Shown here: in pieces, positions 27,964 to 37,870 of the stretch
Layout: every line of letters starts with the position of its first letter
Numbering within the stretch: the first letter of the stretch is position 1
Origin: Brevibacterium luteolum
Lineage (GTDB): Bacteria > Actinomycetota > Actinomycetes > Actinomycetales > Brevibacteriaceae
Length of the DNA: 64,000 nucleotides
Direction of reading: 5' to 3'
Assembly (NCBI RefSeq): GCF_013004595.1
Contig: NZ_JABEMC010000002.1
Location: 1 to 64,000, forward strand
Translations under genes and position numbers: made by a program
Notes under the pieces: model-generated
Database searches by the model: none
What the model saw: the letters and a program-made list of their open reading frames with translations, nothing else
Told to the model about the DNA's origin: nothing

Positions 27964-30267
27964 ATGTCGGACAAGCACGTCAAGGAGACCGTCGAATTCG
28001 CAGCTGCGAACCCCGACGTCGAGCAGCCCTTTGCCGAGCTGGGGCTCAAGGCGAATGAGTATGCGGACATCCGCGAGATCCTCGGCCGCCGCCCAACCTC
28101 CGCAGAGCTGGCGATGTACTCGGTGATGTGGTCCGAGCACTGCTCGTACAAGTCCTCGAAGGTCCACCTGCGCAAGTTCGGCGAGCACGTCACCGATGAG
28201 ATGCGTAAGCATCTGCTCGTCGGCATGGGTGAGAACGCCGGCGTCGTCGACATCGGCGAAGGCTGGGCGGTGACCTTCAAAGTCGAGTCCCACAACTCGC
28301 CCTCCTACGTCGAGCCCTACCAGGGCGCAGCCACCGGAGTCGGCGGCATCGTGCGCGACATCATCTCGATGGGTGCCCGCCCAGTCGCCGTGCTCGACCA
28401 GCTGCGCTTCGGTGAGATCTCCCACCCCGACACCGCCCGCGTCGTCCACGGCGTCGTCGCCGGCATCGGCGGCTACGGCAACTGCCTCGGCCTGCCCAAC
28501 ATCGGCGGTGAGACCTGGTTCGACCCCTCATATCAGGGCAACCCGCTCGTCAACGCCCTGGCTGTGGGCGTCATGAAGCATGAGGACATCCGGCTGGCCA
28601 ACGCCTCGGGCGTGGGCAACAAGGTCGTGCTCTTCGGCGCCCGCACCGGAGGCGACGGCATCGGAGGTGCCTCGATCCTCGCCTCGGAGTCGTTCGACGA
28701 CACGAAGCCCTCGAAGCGTCCGGCCGTGCAGGTCGGCGACCCGTTCGCCGAGAAGGTCCTCATCGAATGCTGCCTCGAGCTGTTCGCCGCCGGTGTCGTC
28801 GAGGGCATCCAGGACCTGGGTGCGGCCGGCATCTCGTGCGCGACCTCTGAGCTGGCCTCCAACGGGGAGGGCGGCATGCACGTCAAACTCGACGATGTGC
28901 TGCTGCGCGATCCGTCGCTGACCCCGGAGGAGATCCTCATGTCGGAGTCGCAGGAGCGGATGATGGCTGTGGTGACCCCGGAGAAGCTCGACGAGTTCCT
29001 CGCAATCACCGGCAAGTGGGAGGTCGAGTCGTCTGTGCTCGGCGAGGTCACCGACACCGGCCGGCTCGTCATCGAATGGCACGGCGATGTCATCGTCGAT
29101 GTGCCCCCGCGCTCGGTCGCCCACGACGGGCCGGTCTACGACCGCCCCTACACTGAACCGTCCTGGCAGGCCGAGACCCGCGCCAACACCGTCGAGGCCG
29201 CCGGACTGGCGAAGCCGCAGTCCGATGAGGAGCTGCGCTCGACACTGCTTGAGCTGCTCGGCTCGCCGAACCTGTGCTCGAAGGATTGGATCACCGGCCA
29301 GTTCGACCGCTACGTGCAGGGCAACACAGCGCTTGCCTACCCCGATGACGCCGGTGTCATCCGCATCGATGAGGAGTCCGGCCTGGGTGTGGCGATCGCC
29401 ACCGATGCCAACGGCCGCTACTGCTACCTTGAGCCGTCTACCGGCGCGAAGCTCGCCCTGGCCGAGGCGTACCGCAACGTCGCCACCTCCGGCGCCCGGC
29501 CGATGGCGGTCAGCGACTGCCTCAACTTCGGCTCGCCTGAGGACCCGGAGATCATGTGGCAGTTCGCCGAGGCCATCGACGGCCTCGCCCACGCCTGCGA
29601 GGATCTCGCTGTGCCGGTCACCGGCGGCAACGTCTCCCTGTACAACCAGACCGGGCAGACCGCGATCTACCCGACCCCGGTCGTCGGCGTGCTCGGCGTC
29701 TTCGACGACGTCGCCCGCCGCAGCCCCGCCGGCTGGCGGGATGCCGGCCAGACGATCTACCTGCTCGGTGACACCGCAGCCGAGCTCGACGGCTCCGTGT
29801 GGGCCGATGTGGTGCACGGCCACCTCGGCGGTGTGCCGCCGCGCTACCGGCCGGAAGCCGAGCGCGAGCTGGCCGGCATCCTCATCAACGCCTCCCGCGA
29901 CGGCATGATCGATGCCGCCCACGACCTGTCTGAAGGCGGGCTGGCTCAGGCGCTGGCCGAGGCGGTTCTGCGGTTCGGCACCGGGGCGCGGGTGTGGCTT
30001 GATGAGGTGTGCGACCGCGATGGCATCGACCTGTTCACGGCGCTGTTCTCCGAGTCGACAGCGCGAGCGATCGTCGCGGTGCCGCGGTCCGAGGAGGTGC
30101 GGTTCACCGATATGTGCACCGCCCGGAAGTTCCCGTTCGCCCGCATCGGCGTGACCGACACCGGCGAGAACGGTAACACCGCCTTAGAACTCGTCGATCA
30201 CTTCACGATCCCCGTGACCGAGCTGCGTGAGACCCACGAGGCGACGCTGCCGAAGCACTTCGGGTGA
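27964..30267 (+). CDS. purL: FGAM synthase subunit PurL
   Basis: [31 protein letters not shown] and GGNVSLYN. Confidence 0.97.
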   Translation: MSDKHVKETVEFAAANPDVEQPFAELGLKANEYADIREILGRRPTSAELAMYSVMWSEHCSYKSSKVHLRKFGEHVTDEMRKHLLVGMGENAGVVDIGEGWAVTFKVESHNSPSYVEPYQGAATGVGGIVRDIISMGARPVAVLDQLRFGEISHPDTARVVHGVVAGIGGYGNCLGLPNIGGETWFDPSYQGNPLVNALAVGVMKHEDIRLANASGVGNKVVLFGARTGGDGIGGASILASESFDDTKPSKRPAVQVGDPFAEKVLIECCLELFAAGVVEGIQDLGAAGISCATSELASNGEGGMHVKLDDVLLRDPSLTPEEILMSESQERMMAVVTPEKLDEFLAITGKWEVESSVLGEVTDTGRLVIEWHGDVIVDVPPRSVAHDGPVYDRPYTEPSWQAETRANTVEAAGLAKPQSDEELRSTLLELLGSPNLCSKDWITGQFDRYVQGNTALAYPDDAGVIRIDEESGLGVAIATDANGRYCYLEPSTGAKLALAEAYRNVATSGARPMAVSDCLNFGSPEDPEIMWQFAEAIDGLAHACEDLAVPVTGGNVSLYNQTGQTAIYPTPVVGVLGVFDDVARRSPAGWRDAGQTIYLLGDTAAELDGSVWADVVHGHLGGVPPRYRPEAERELAGILINASRDGMIDAAHDLSEGGLAQALAEAVLRFGTGARVWLDEVCDRDGIDLFTALFSESTARAIVAVPRSEEVRFTDMCTARKFPFARIGVTDTGENGNTALELVDHFTIPVTELRETHEATLPKHFG

Positions 30268-30330
30268 GCGTGACGCCAGACGGTCGGCTGACGCATCCAC
30301 CGTTCCGGTGCTGCATTGAGCACGAGTTCC

Positions 30331-31539
30331 TCAGGCCGTGCCCTTGAGGATCGCGTTCCAGTACAGCGCCGGCAGTCCATGACGTTTGAGCACCCACATA
30401 TCGGTGCGCTCCTTCGTCGTGTCGATGAACGGAAACGACGGCCTCGGGCGCATCGTGTAGTCGAACTCGGCGAGGATCGTCTTACCGCGCGCAGTCGTCA
30501 GCGGGCACGAGGCGTAGCCGCCGTAGGACTGCGCCAGCGGCTCGCCCTTGAGGGTGGCCAGCAGGTTCGCCACAAGCACCGGGGCCTGCTTGCGGATCGC
30601 GGCACCGGTCTTCGAATTCGGCGTCGACGCGGCATCGCCGAGGGCGAAGATGTCCGGGTAGCGCACGTGCTGGAGCGTATGCTTGTCGACGTCGATCCAG
30701 CCCTTGGGGTCCTCGGCGGCCAGCGGGGATTCCTTGATCCAGTCCGGCGCTGACTGCGGCGGCACCACATGGGCCATGTCGAAGCTGATCTCCTCGCTCG
30801 TCCCCGCAGCGTTGTCGCGGACCGTCGCGGTGCCGGCCTCGGCATCGAGGCCCGTCATCTCCGAGTTGAAGTGCACTTCGATGCCGTAGCGCTCGACGAC
30901 CTTCTCCAGCTCATTCGAGAACTCCTCGACCCCGAACATCGCCGGCGTCGGCAGCACGAGCACGACCCGGATGCTGTCCAGCACACCGCGGCGCTGCCAA
31001 TGGTCACACGCTAAGTAGGCGATCTTCTGCGGCGCACCTGCGCATTTGATCGGGCCAGACGGCATGGTGAACAGCGCCGTACCCGAGGTGGTGGCCTGGA
31101 TGAGCTGCCAGGTCTTGGGTGCGAGCTCGGGCAGATAGTTCGTCGAGACGTTCGGGCTCTGCAGCGCTTCGCGCATGCCCGGCACTTCGTCGAAGTCGAG
31201 TTGGATGCCCGGGCAGACGACGAGCCGGTCGTAGGCGATCTGCAGGCCCGAGGACAGGCTCACTCGGCGGGCTTCCGGATCGACCTCGGTGGCGAAGTCC
31301 TTGATCCACGACACACCTGCCGGCATGACATCGGCCTGGGCGCGTCGCAGCTCGCGCGCGGGAGCGCATCCGCCTCCCACGAGGGTCTGCAGGGGCTGGT
31401 AGATGTGCTGTTCGCCCGGTTCGATGACCGCGATGTCGGTCTTGCCGGCTCTGCGCAGCCGGGCGGCGACGCTGAGCCCGGCGTTGCCCCCTCCGATGAT
31501 GACGATGGCGTGGTGCAGCGGATGCGAGCTCGTGGTCAT
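30331..31539 (-). CDS. sqr: Sulfide:quinone oxidoreductase-like flavoprotein
   Basis: GGGNAG, YQPLQTLVGGG, KCAGAPQK, ALGD and YGGYASCP (both redox Cys present). Confidence 0.85.
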   Translation of the reverse strand: MTTSSHPLHHAIVIIGGGNAGLSVAARLRRAGKTDIAVIEPGEQHIYQPLQTLVGGGCAPARELRRAQADVMPAGVSWIKDFATEVDPEARRVSLSSGLQIAYDRLVVCPGIQLDFDEVPGMREALQSPNVSTNYLPELAPKTWQLIQATTSGTALFTMPSGPIKCAGAPQKIAYLACDHWQRRGVLDSIRVVLVLPTPAMFGVEEFSNELEKVVERYGIEVHFNSEMTGLDAEAGTATVRDNAAGTSEEISFDMAHVVPPQSAPDWIKESPLAAEDPKGWIDVDKHTLQHVRYPDIFALGDAASTPNSKTGAAIRKQAPVLVANLLATLKGEPLAQSYGGYASCPLTTARGKTILAEFDYTMRPRPSFPFIDTTKERTDMWVLKRHGLPALYWNAILKGTA

Positions 31540-31645
31540 AGCGGCAGTCTCCTCAGGTGATCGGCATTGATCTACTGCAAATGTACAGACAAATCCGGGC
31601 TGGGGTCCAGACCTGAGTGCCCACGCCGTTACCGAGACCGAAGCG

Positions 31646-33460
31646 TCACCCTTGGCGCGAGCCGGATCTGTCGGAATACCGTCCGCTCTCGCGCGGCGGC
31701 AGACGCTTCGATCCCGTCCGCGAGGACAGGGTGCCATCGGAGCGGCGGAACCACCGGCGCTGCGGTTCGTACGGGTCGATGACGTCGGGGGCGTCACCCT
31801 CCGCCTCGGGCAGCACGACAGCGTCCTTCGTGTCGTACTCATCATCGCGCAGCCGGCGGATGTATTCCTCCGGCGGCAGGACCTTCTTCCACTGCTTCGT
31901 GCGCATCGGCGGCAGCACGCCGGCATCTTCGCGCAGGGCCCGCAGCAGCAGGTACATCTCGAAGTAGCCGAAGATGAAGAACGGCAGACCGACGAGGATG
32001 ATCGTCGACTGCAGCGCCTCGAGCCCCCCGGAACCGGAGAACACGAGGAGGGTCGCAGTCACCAGCCCGATCGCCAGGGCCCAGAAGACCCGCTGGCCGA
32101 GGGGGTTGTAGTCCTCATGTCCGTTCGTCATCGTGTCGGTCACGAGTGCGGCGGAGTCCATCGAGGTGACGAAGAAGACGACGACCACAAGGATCGCGAC
32201 GACGGAGACGGCGAAGGCCAGCGGGTAGTGCTCGAGGAAGGCGAACAGCGCACCCGGGATGTCGCCGTCGTCGACGACCCGCTTGACGAGTCCGCCGTCA
32301 CCGGACTGCTGGCCGATGCCCTCGATGGCAAACGAGCCCCAGCCGAAGATCCCGAACCAGATGACCGAGAACATCGCCGGCACCGCGAGCACGCCGGTGA
32401 CGAACTGGCGGATGGTGCGGCCGCGGGAAATGCGGGCGATGAAGATGCCGACGAACGGCGACCAGGTGATCGTCCAGGCCCAGTAGAACACCGTCCACGT
32501 CGACTGCCAGCCGGATTCGGCAATGGTGTCGTTCCAGAAGGCGAGTTCGGGCAGGGTGACGATGTAGGAGCCGAAGGACTCGATGGTGCCCTTGATCATG
32601 TACAGCGTCGGACCGGTGACGAGGACGAAGACCAGCAGGCCTACGGCGATGACGATGTTGGCGTTCGACAGCACCTTGATGCCCTTCTCCAGTCCCAGCG
32701 ACACCGAGGTCAGGGCGATGAGGGTGACGACGCCGATGATGATGAGCTGCCAGCCGGCGCTCTCCGGCACTCCGAAGAGCTGGGAGAGTCCGCCGTTGAT
32801 CTGCAGGGTGCCCAGTCCGATCGAGACGGCCACACCGAAGACGGTGCCGACGATCGCGACGATGTCGATGGTCTTGCCGATCGGGCCGTGGATCTTCTCA
32901 CCGAGCATCGGCTGGAAGATCGAGGACACCCGAGCGGGCAGGTTGCGCTTGTGGATGAAGTAGGCGAAGCACAGGCTCGGCAGCGCGAAGATCGTCCACG
33001 TGTGGAACGTGAAGTGATACAGCGTGAAGTTCATCGCATCCCGGGCCGCCTCCGCGCTTCCGGCCTCGATGCCGAGGCCGGCGCGCGGCGGGCTGCCGAG
33101 GTGGCTGATCGGCTCGGCGACACCCCAGAACATGAGAATCGTGCCGATGCCGGCGGCGAACAGCATCGCGAACCATGCCCGGCCCGAATGCTCGGGCTCT
33201 TCATCGTCGCGGCCGAGCTTGACCCGCCCATAACGGGAGAAGGCGATGTAGATGAGGAAGATGAGGAACAGCGTCACGCCGAGGATGTAGAACCAGCCGA
33301 GCGTGTCGAGCAGCCACGTCGAGGCTGCGGACACCGCGGCATCGAGCTGCTCGGTGAAGACGATGGTGCCGAGCACGAACAGCAGGATGACGCCGGCCGA
33401 GGCGAAGAAGATCACCGGCGAGGTGCGCAGGTGCAGCATGTCGTGGAGTTTTCGCAGCAT
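31646..33460 (-). CDS. BCCT-family (betaine/choline/carnitine) transporter
   Basis: WFAMLFAAGIG, WTVFYWAW..WSPFVGIFIARISRGRTIR and FFVTSMDS. Confidence 0.95.
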   Translation of the reverse strand: MLRKLHDMLHLRTSPVIFFASAGVILLFVLGTIVFTEQLDAAVSAASTWLLDTLGWFYILGVTLFLIFLIYIAFSRYGRVKLGRDDEEPEHSGRAWFAMLFAAGIGTILMFWGVAEPISHLGSPPRAGLGIEAGSAEAARDAMNFTLYHFTFHTWTIFALPSLCFAYFIHKRNLPARVSSIFQPMLGEKIHGPIGKTIDIVAIVGTVFGVAVSIGLGTLQINGGLSQLFGVPESAGWQLIIIGVVTLIALTSVSLGLEKGIKVLSNANIVIAVGLLVFVLVTGPTLYMIKGTIESFGSYIVTLPELAFWNDTIAESGWQSTWTVFYWAWTITWSPFVGIFIARISRGRTIRQFVTGVLAVPAMFSVIWFGIFGWGSFAIEGIGQQSGDGGLVKRVVDDGDIPGALFAFLEHYPLAFAVSVVAILVVVVFFVTSMDSAALVTDTMTNGHEDYNPLGQRVFWALAIGLVTATLLVFSGSGGLEALQSTIILVGLPFFIFGYFEMYLLLRALREDAGVLPPMRTKQWKKVLPPEEYIRRLRDDEYDTKDAVVLPEAEGDAPDVIDPYEPQRRWFRRSDGTLSSRTGSKRLPPRESGRYSDRSGSRQG

Positions 33461-33544
33461 CGTTCGCAGTCTCCTTTCGGCACGAACCACGCAGCGATGA
33501 CTTCTGGTTCCACGCGATCCGCAGCGGGATCAGTTTCTTCGACT

Positions 33545-35680
33545 CTAGCGGCTCACATCGCTCCTGCCCAGGACATCGAGCATCCATGCGTAGTCGAATG
33601 CGTCTTCCTTCCACGCGTCATAGCGCCCGGATGCCCCGCCGTGACCGGCCGACATCTCCGTCTTCAGCAGCGCATCCGCGCCGACCTCACGCAGCCGGGC
33701 AACCCATTTGGCCGGTTCGACGTAGAGCACCCGGGTGTCGTTGAGCGAGGTGATCGCGAGGATCTTCGGGTAGTCCTGTTCGGTGACGTTCTCATACGGA
33801 GAGTAGGAGCGCATGTACTCATACACCTGCTGGTCGTGCAGCGGATCACCCCATTCCTCCCATTCGATGACGGTCAGCGGCAGCTCGGGCATGAGGATCG
33901 AGGTGAGCGCGTCGACGAACGGCACGTGCGCGCTGATCCCGGCGAACCGGTCCGGGGCCATGTTCGCCACCGCGCCCATGAGCAGCCCGCCGGCCGACCC
34001 GCCGGTGGCCACCAGCCGGTCTGGTTTGGTCACCCCGGTGCCGATGAGGTGGTCGGCTGCGGCGATGAAGTCGGTGAAAGTGTTGCGCTTGGCGGTCGTC
34101 TTGCCCTCGTCGTACCAGTGCCGGCCCATCTCTCCGCCGCCGCGCACATGCGCGATCGCGAAGACGACGCCGCGGTCGAGCAGCGAGAGCCGTTTGACGC
34201 TGAAACCGGGATCCATGCTCAGCTCATAGGATCCGTAGCCGTAGAGCACCATCGGGGCTGGGCCGGCATCGCGGGCGCCGGTCTTCCACACGAGCGAGAC
34301 CGGCACCTCGGTCCCGTCGTCGGCACGCGCCCACATGAGCTCCTGCTCGTAGGCGTCCAGGTCGACGCCGCCGAGCACCGGCTGACGTTTGAGCACGGTC
34401 CGCTGTCCGGTGTCCATGTCGTAGGCGAACACGGTCCCCGGCGTCACCATCGACGTGTAGGTCAGCCGCAGCCGCGGCTGCGCGAACTCCGGGTTCGCGC
34501 CGGTGCCGAGCGTGCCGACGGGTTCGTCGACGGCGATCTCCGCAAGCCTCCCGTAGGGCTCCGCTTCCGAGGCGGTGATCGCCACGGTGCCCACCCGGGC
34601 GAATCCGCCGCGCCGGTAGGAGATGACGAGGTGGCCGGCGAACGCGTCGACGTCTTCGATCCGGCAGCCGGTCATGTCACCGTCGAGCACCGGCCGGCCG
34701 GCACCAGCCGGGTCTGCGGCGGGCACGTCGACGATGTCGAAGTCGGCGCGGTCGCGGTTGTGGGTGATGATGAACCGGTCCTCACCGGCGACGATCGCGT
34801 GCTCGACGCTGTATTCGACGCCCTGCTGGCGCTCCCACACCGCCTGCGGTTCGGCGGTCGGCTCCTCGGCTGGCAGCACCCACCAGCCCTCGGTCGTCTT
34901 CGACCCGGTGACAATGCACACGTACTTCTGCGAACGGGTGAGCCCGACACCCACGAAGAACCGCTCGTCGGGTTCGTGGAACACCTGTGCGTCGGCCTCT
35001 GCCCCGGTCCCGAGGCGGTGGCGCCACACCGTGTCGGGTCGCCAGGCGTCGTCGCAGGTGGTGTAGAAGACGTATTCGCCGGTGCCGTCGAAGGTCGCCC
35101 CGGCGAAGGTGTTCTCGATGAGCTCCGGCAGATCCTCGCCTGCCTCCAGGTCGCGGATGCGCAGCGTGTAGCGCTCATCGCCGGTCAGGTCGGCCGCCCA
35201 CGCGAGCTTCGTACCGTCAGGGGAGACGCTGAAGGAGCCGAGGGAGAAGAACTCGCTGCCGGCAGCCTCAGCGTTGGAGTCGAAGATGACCTCCTCGCCT
35301 GCCAGCTGCTGGCCGTCGGCCACCTCGGGCGGGGTCCAGTCATCCGGGCCGCTGATCGGGGCGCGGCAGGAGATGCCGTAGTCTTTGCCCTCCTCGGTGC
35401 GGGTGAAGTACCACCAGCTGCCGCGCCGGACCGGCACGGACATATCGGTCTCCTTCGTCCGCGTGCGGATCTCGGTGAAGATCGTCTCGCGCAGGCTCTC
35501 CAGGTGTGCGGTGCGTGCGGCGGTGTAGGCATTCTCCGCCTCCAGGTGGGCGGTCACCTGCGGGGAGTCCTTGTCCCGCATCCATTCGTAGTCGTCGGTG
35601 AAGGTGTGGCCGTGGTGGGTGCGGTCGGTGGGGATGCGCTGGGCGATCGGCGCCTGTGCGTCACGTGGTGCAGTCGTCAT
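33545..35680 (-). CDS. ptrB: Oligopeptidase B (S9A)
   Basis: DDYEWMR, HVRGGGEMG, GGSAGG, DTRV and AGHGG. Confidence 0.94.
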   Translation of the reverse strand: MTTAPRDAQAPIAQRIPTDRTHHGHTFTDDYEWMRDKDSPQVTAHLEAENAYTAARTAHLESLRETIFTEIRTRTKETDMSVPVRRGSWWYFTRTEEGKDYGISCRAPISGPDDWTPPEVADGQQLAGEEVIFDSNAEAAGSEFFSLGSFSVSPDGTKLAWAADLTGDERYTLRIRDLEAGEDLPELIENTFAGATFDGTGEYVFYTTCDDAWRPDTVWRHRLGTGAEADAQVFHEPDERFFVGVGLTRSQKYVCIVTGSKTTEGWWVLPAEEPTAEPQAVWERQQGVEYSVEHAIVAGEDRFIITHNRDRADFDIVDVPAADPAGAGRPVLDGDMTGCRIEDVDAFAGHLVISYRRGGFARVGTVAITASEAEPYGRLAEIAVDEPVGTLGTGANPEFAQPRLRLTYTSMVTPGTVFAYDMDTGQRTVLKRQPVLGGVDLDAYEQELMWARADDGTEVPVSLVWKTGARDAGPAPMVLYGYGSYELSMDPGFSVKRLSLLDRGVVFAIAHVRGGGEMGRHWYDEGKTTAKRNTFTDFIAAADHLIGTGVTKPDRLVATGGSAGGLLMGAVANMAPDRFAGISAHVPFVDALTSILMPELPLTVIEWEEWGDPLHDQQVYEYMRSYSPYENVTEQDYPKILAITSLNDTRVLYVEPAKWVARLREVGADALLKTEMSAGHGGASGRYDAWKEDAFDYAWMLDVLGRSDVSR

Positions 35681-35701
35681 ACCCTCAAGCCTACGGTGTC
35701 C

Positions 35702-36145
35702 TCAGCTTCTCTGGCGGGCTCCCAGCGGAAGGAGGATCAGACCAATGGCGCAGAACGCCGCCGCAGGAAAGGCCAGGAGCGCAGCGTGCGTGAGGACGAT
35801 ATCGGCCCATGAGAAGTATTCACGGCGCCGATCGACAAACGCCGCGGTAGCTGTTCCGAAAAGATAGCCACAGAGCCCCGGAATCACAATGTACGTCAGA
35901 TAGATTCTCAGAACGCGTTTCCATCCTGGGACCGATAACGAGCTGCGGAATTTCATGGAGAAAACGAGGATCTCAACGATGATAAGACCGACGATGAAAG
36001 GCGACAGGAGGAATACCAGGAGCATCGCATCGGTCAGGCTCAGGGTCCCGCCGGAGATCATCAACCCCGCAGCAAGCATCACCACGAGCCACGTCACGAA
36101 GACGGTCAGCACGTACACCAGTTGTGCGCGACTATCAGTTTTCAC
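35702..36145 (-). CDS. Four-TM hypothetical membrane protein
   Basis: GAAGGGGG RBS plus GTG; four hydrophobic segments. Confidence 0.7.
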   Translation of the reverse strand: MKTDSRAQLVYVLTVFVTWLVVMLAAGLMISGGTLSLTDAMLLVFLLSPFIVGLIIVEILVFSMKFRSSLSVPGWKRVLRIYLTYIVIPGLCGYLFGTATAAFVDRRREYFSWADIVLTHAALLAFPAAAFCAIGLILLPLGARQRS

Positions 36146-36255
36146 ATTCCCCCCTTCTAGGGCAATCTCAACGAAATTCACCAACTGGAAACCACCGGCA
36201 AACAAACCGCACGACAGGTCGAGGATCAGATATTAACGCAAACCCAAGGGGTCGG

Positions 36256-37539
36256 TCACGGCAACTTAACCTTCCCATTCCAGTTCTGGGGTTTACACGC
36301 ATTATTACTCACAAGACAATCAAAACTATTCAAGACAGATTTATCCAACCACCCCCACTTGAAGCTATCGCCTGCGGCACCAAAACCTGCGATTTCGTGA
36401 TTCGGCACATCCCGACCTTGACCACCAACTTCGATAACGCCAGAACGATGCAACACAAAATTTGTGCGATGCCTAATCGCACCGGTTACACAGAACGGAT
36501 TCCCCACTTCAACATCGAATGTAATCCGGGCGAGACTTGAACCCTTCGTTGCATCCTTAAACAACATCTTCTTAGACGTAGCGGTTCGCGTCGCCAGAAG
36601 CTTCTTTTTTGAGTCGTATAGCTTAGTTGCACCAACGCCCTTCTGAGTTTCAATATACCTTCCTCCATCCGGACCTTCCCAGGCGACTCGCGCGAACATA
36701 GCAGACTTGTAGTTCTTTTCCTCCGTAACAGTCCTGTATGACTTTGGAAGCATAAAATCTCTATTATTGCCATTGTGATAGATCGCGGATTTAGGAAACC
36801 CTCCCGAGTTGAAGCTACACCCGAGAGCCTTAAGCCCACTTAACTTAACGTATTCATAGGGAATAAAGCTTTTATGCGAAACTGCGGAAATCGTCATCTT
36901 TTCCGAGTTGAGCTTTGCATCTTGCACTGAAGGAAGTGTAAACGAAACCGGCTCGCCATTCTTACCTCTGCTCGAGACCTGTAACGTCGATCGATCCTCA
37001 AGCTGGGTGGCATCAACCACAACCTCGCTACCGCTTGTCGAACCGACCACGGCCCCGTCCTTCAGGACGACCTTTTGACCAGGCACCGAATCTGGCCACT
37101 TGATTATTGATTTAGTCGGAGTATCAATTCTGGAAACTTGCGGGGACGTAGGCTTCGATTCGGGAAGCGGCTTTGCCGAGATTTTTTTAATTTCAGTTGA
37201 CCCATCAGAATCTTCCCACAGTCGATCATCTGTCCAATCTTCGATTTCTCCCTCGCTCATTTCACTTTTCGAATCGAACGGTGTTCGCACTTCATACGCT
37301 TCTACTTGGGGGTCAGTCGATACGCTCCTGTCAGTCGCATCCTTTTCACTGCTATCTGACGAGTAGATCGTAGTACCCTCGTCTTTCCGAACCACCTTTA
37401 GATCGCCCGTCGCCATTGAGACTTTCAAGGAGTCGGTGAAGCTAACTTCGAGCCCGGTGTTAGCAACAGCTGTGTTCGAACAAAGTGTGATGGGACTGAA
37501 GAGTGCTGCGACAGCGACGACAGCCAGATATTTACGCAT
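36256..37539 (-). CDS. Low-GC secreted protein; C-terminal domain possibly DUF3238-like
   Basis: 427-aa ORF in AT-richer DNA; signal peptide ending AVA-N; SFIP...GNNRDF...KGVG...GNPF pattern. Confidence 0.75.
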   Translation of the reverse strand: MRKYLAVVAVAALFSPITLCSNTAVANTGLEVSFTDSLKVSMATGDLKVVRKDEGTTIYSSDSSEKDATDRSVSTDPQVEAYEVRTPFDSKSEMSEGEIEDWTDDRLWEDSDGSTEIKKISAKPLPESKPTSPQVSRIDTPTKSIIKWPDSVPGQKVVLKDGAVVGSTSGSEVVVDATQLEDRSTLQVSSRGKNGEPVSFTLPSVQDAKLNSEKMTISAVSHKSFIPYEYVKLSGLKALGCSFNSGGFPKSAIYHNGNNRDFMLPKSYRTVTEEKNYKSAMFARVAWEGPDGGRYIETQKGVGATKLYDSKKKLLATRTATSKKMLFKDATKGSSLARITFDVEVGNPFCVTGAIRHRTNFVLHRSGVIEVGGQGRDVPNHEIAGFGAAGDSFKWGWLDKSVLNSFDCLVSNNACKPQNWNGKVKLP

Positions 37540-37870
37540 TCATGTCTTTTTTCTTTGGTTTGGCGCTGTGGCAATTAAGCTGGGAAGTTCCCCACGCGTG
37601 AAAATCTATCTCAGGGGCAGCCTGAACGAGATTCTTGAAATTCATCGAGCCGATAAGATACCAAGCTTGTTACGCGATTAGACTACGGACGACACTGTGG
37701 CCTACGCGTCGCCTGAGGGGCAGCCGTTCTGGGAGAAAGCCGTAGACGTTTCCACGGTTGCACTGAAGGACTTTAACAATTTCATGCACTTTCAGGCTCA
37801 GAGGTATGTGATCCTCACCATAGCGCGAGCGCAGCACCGCGGTCTATTGGACTTTCGTCATAGGATTAAT

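Noticed and set aside
31652..35812. 1386-aa plus-strand ORF
   Set aside because: Antisense shadow of the BCCT and ptrB genes, typical of high-GC DNA; no recognisable motifs.
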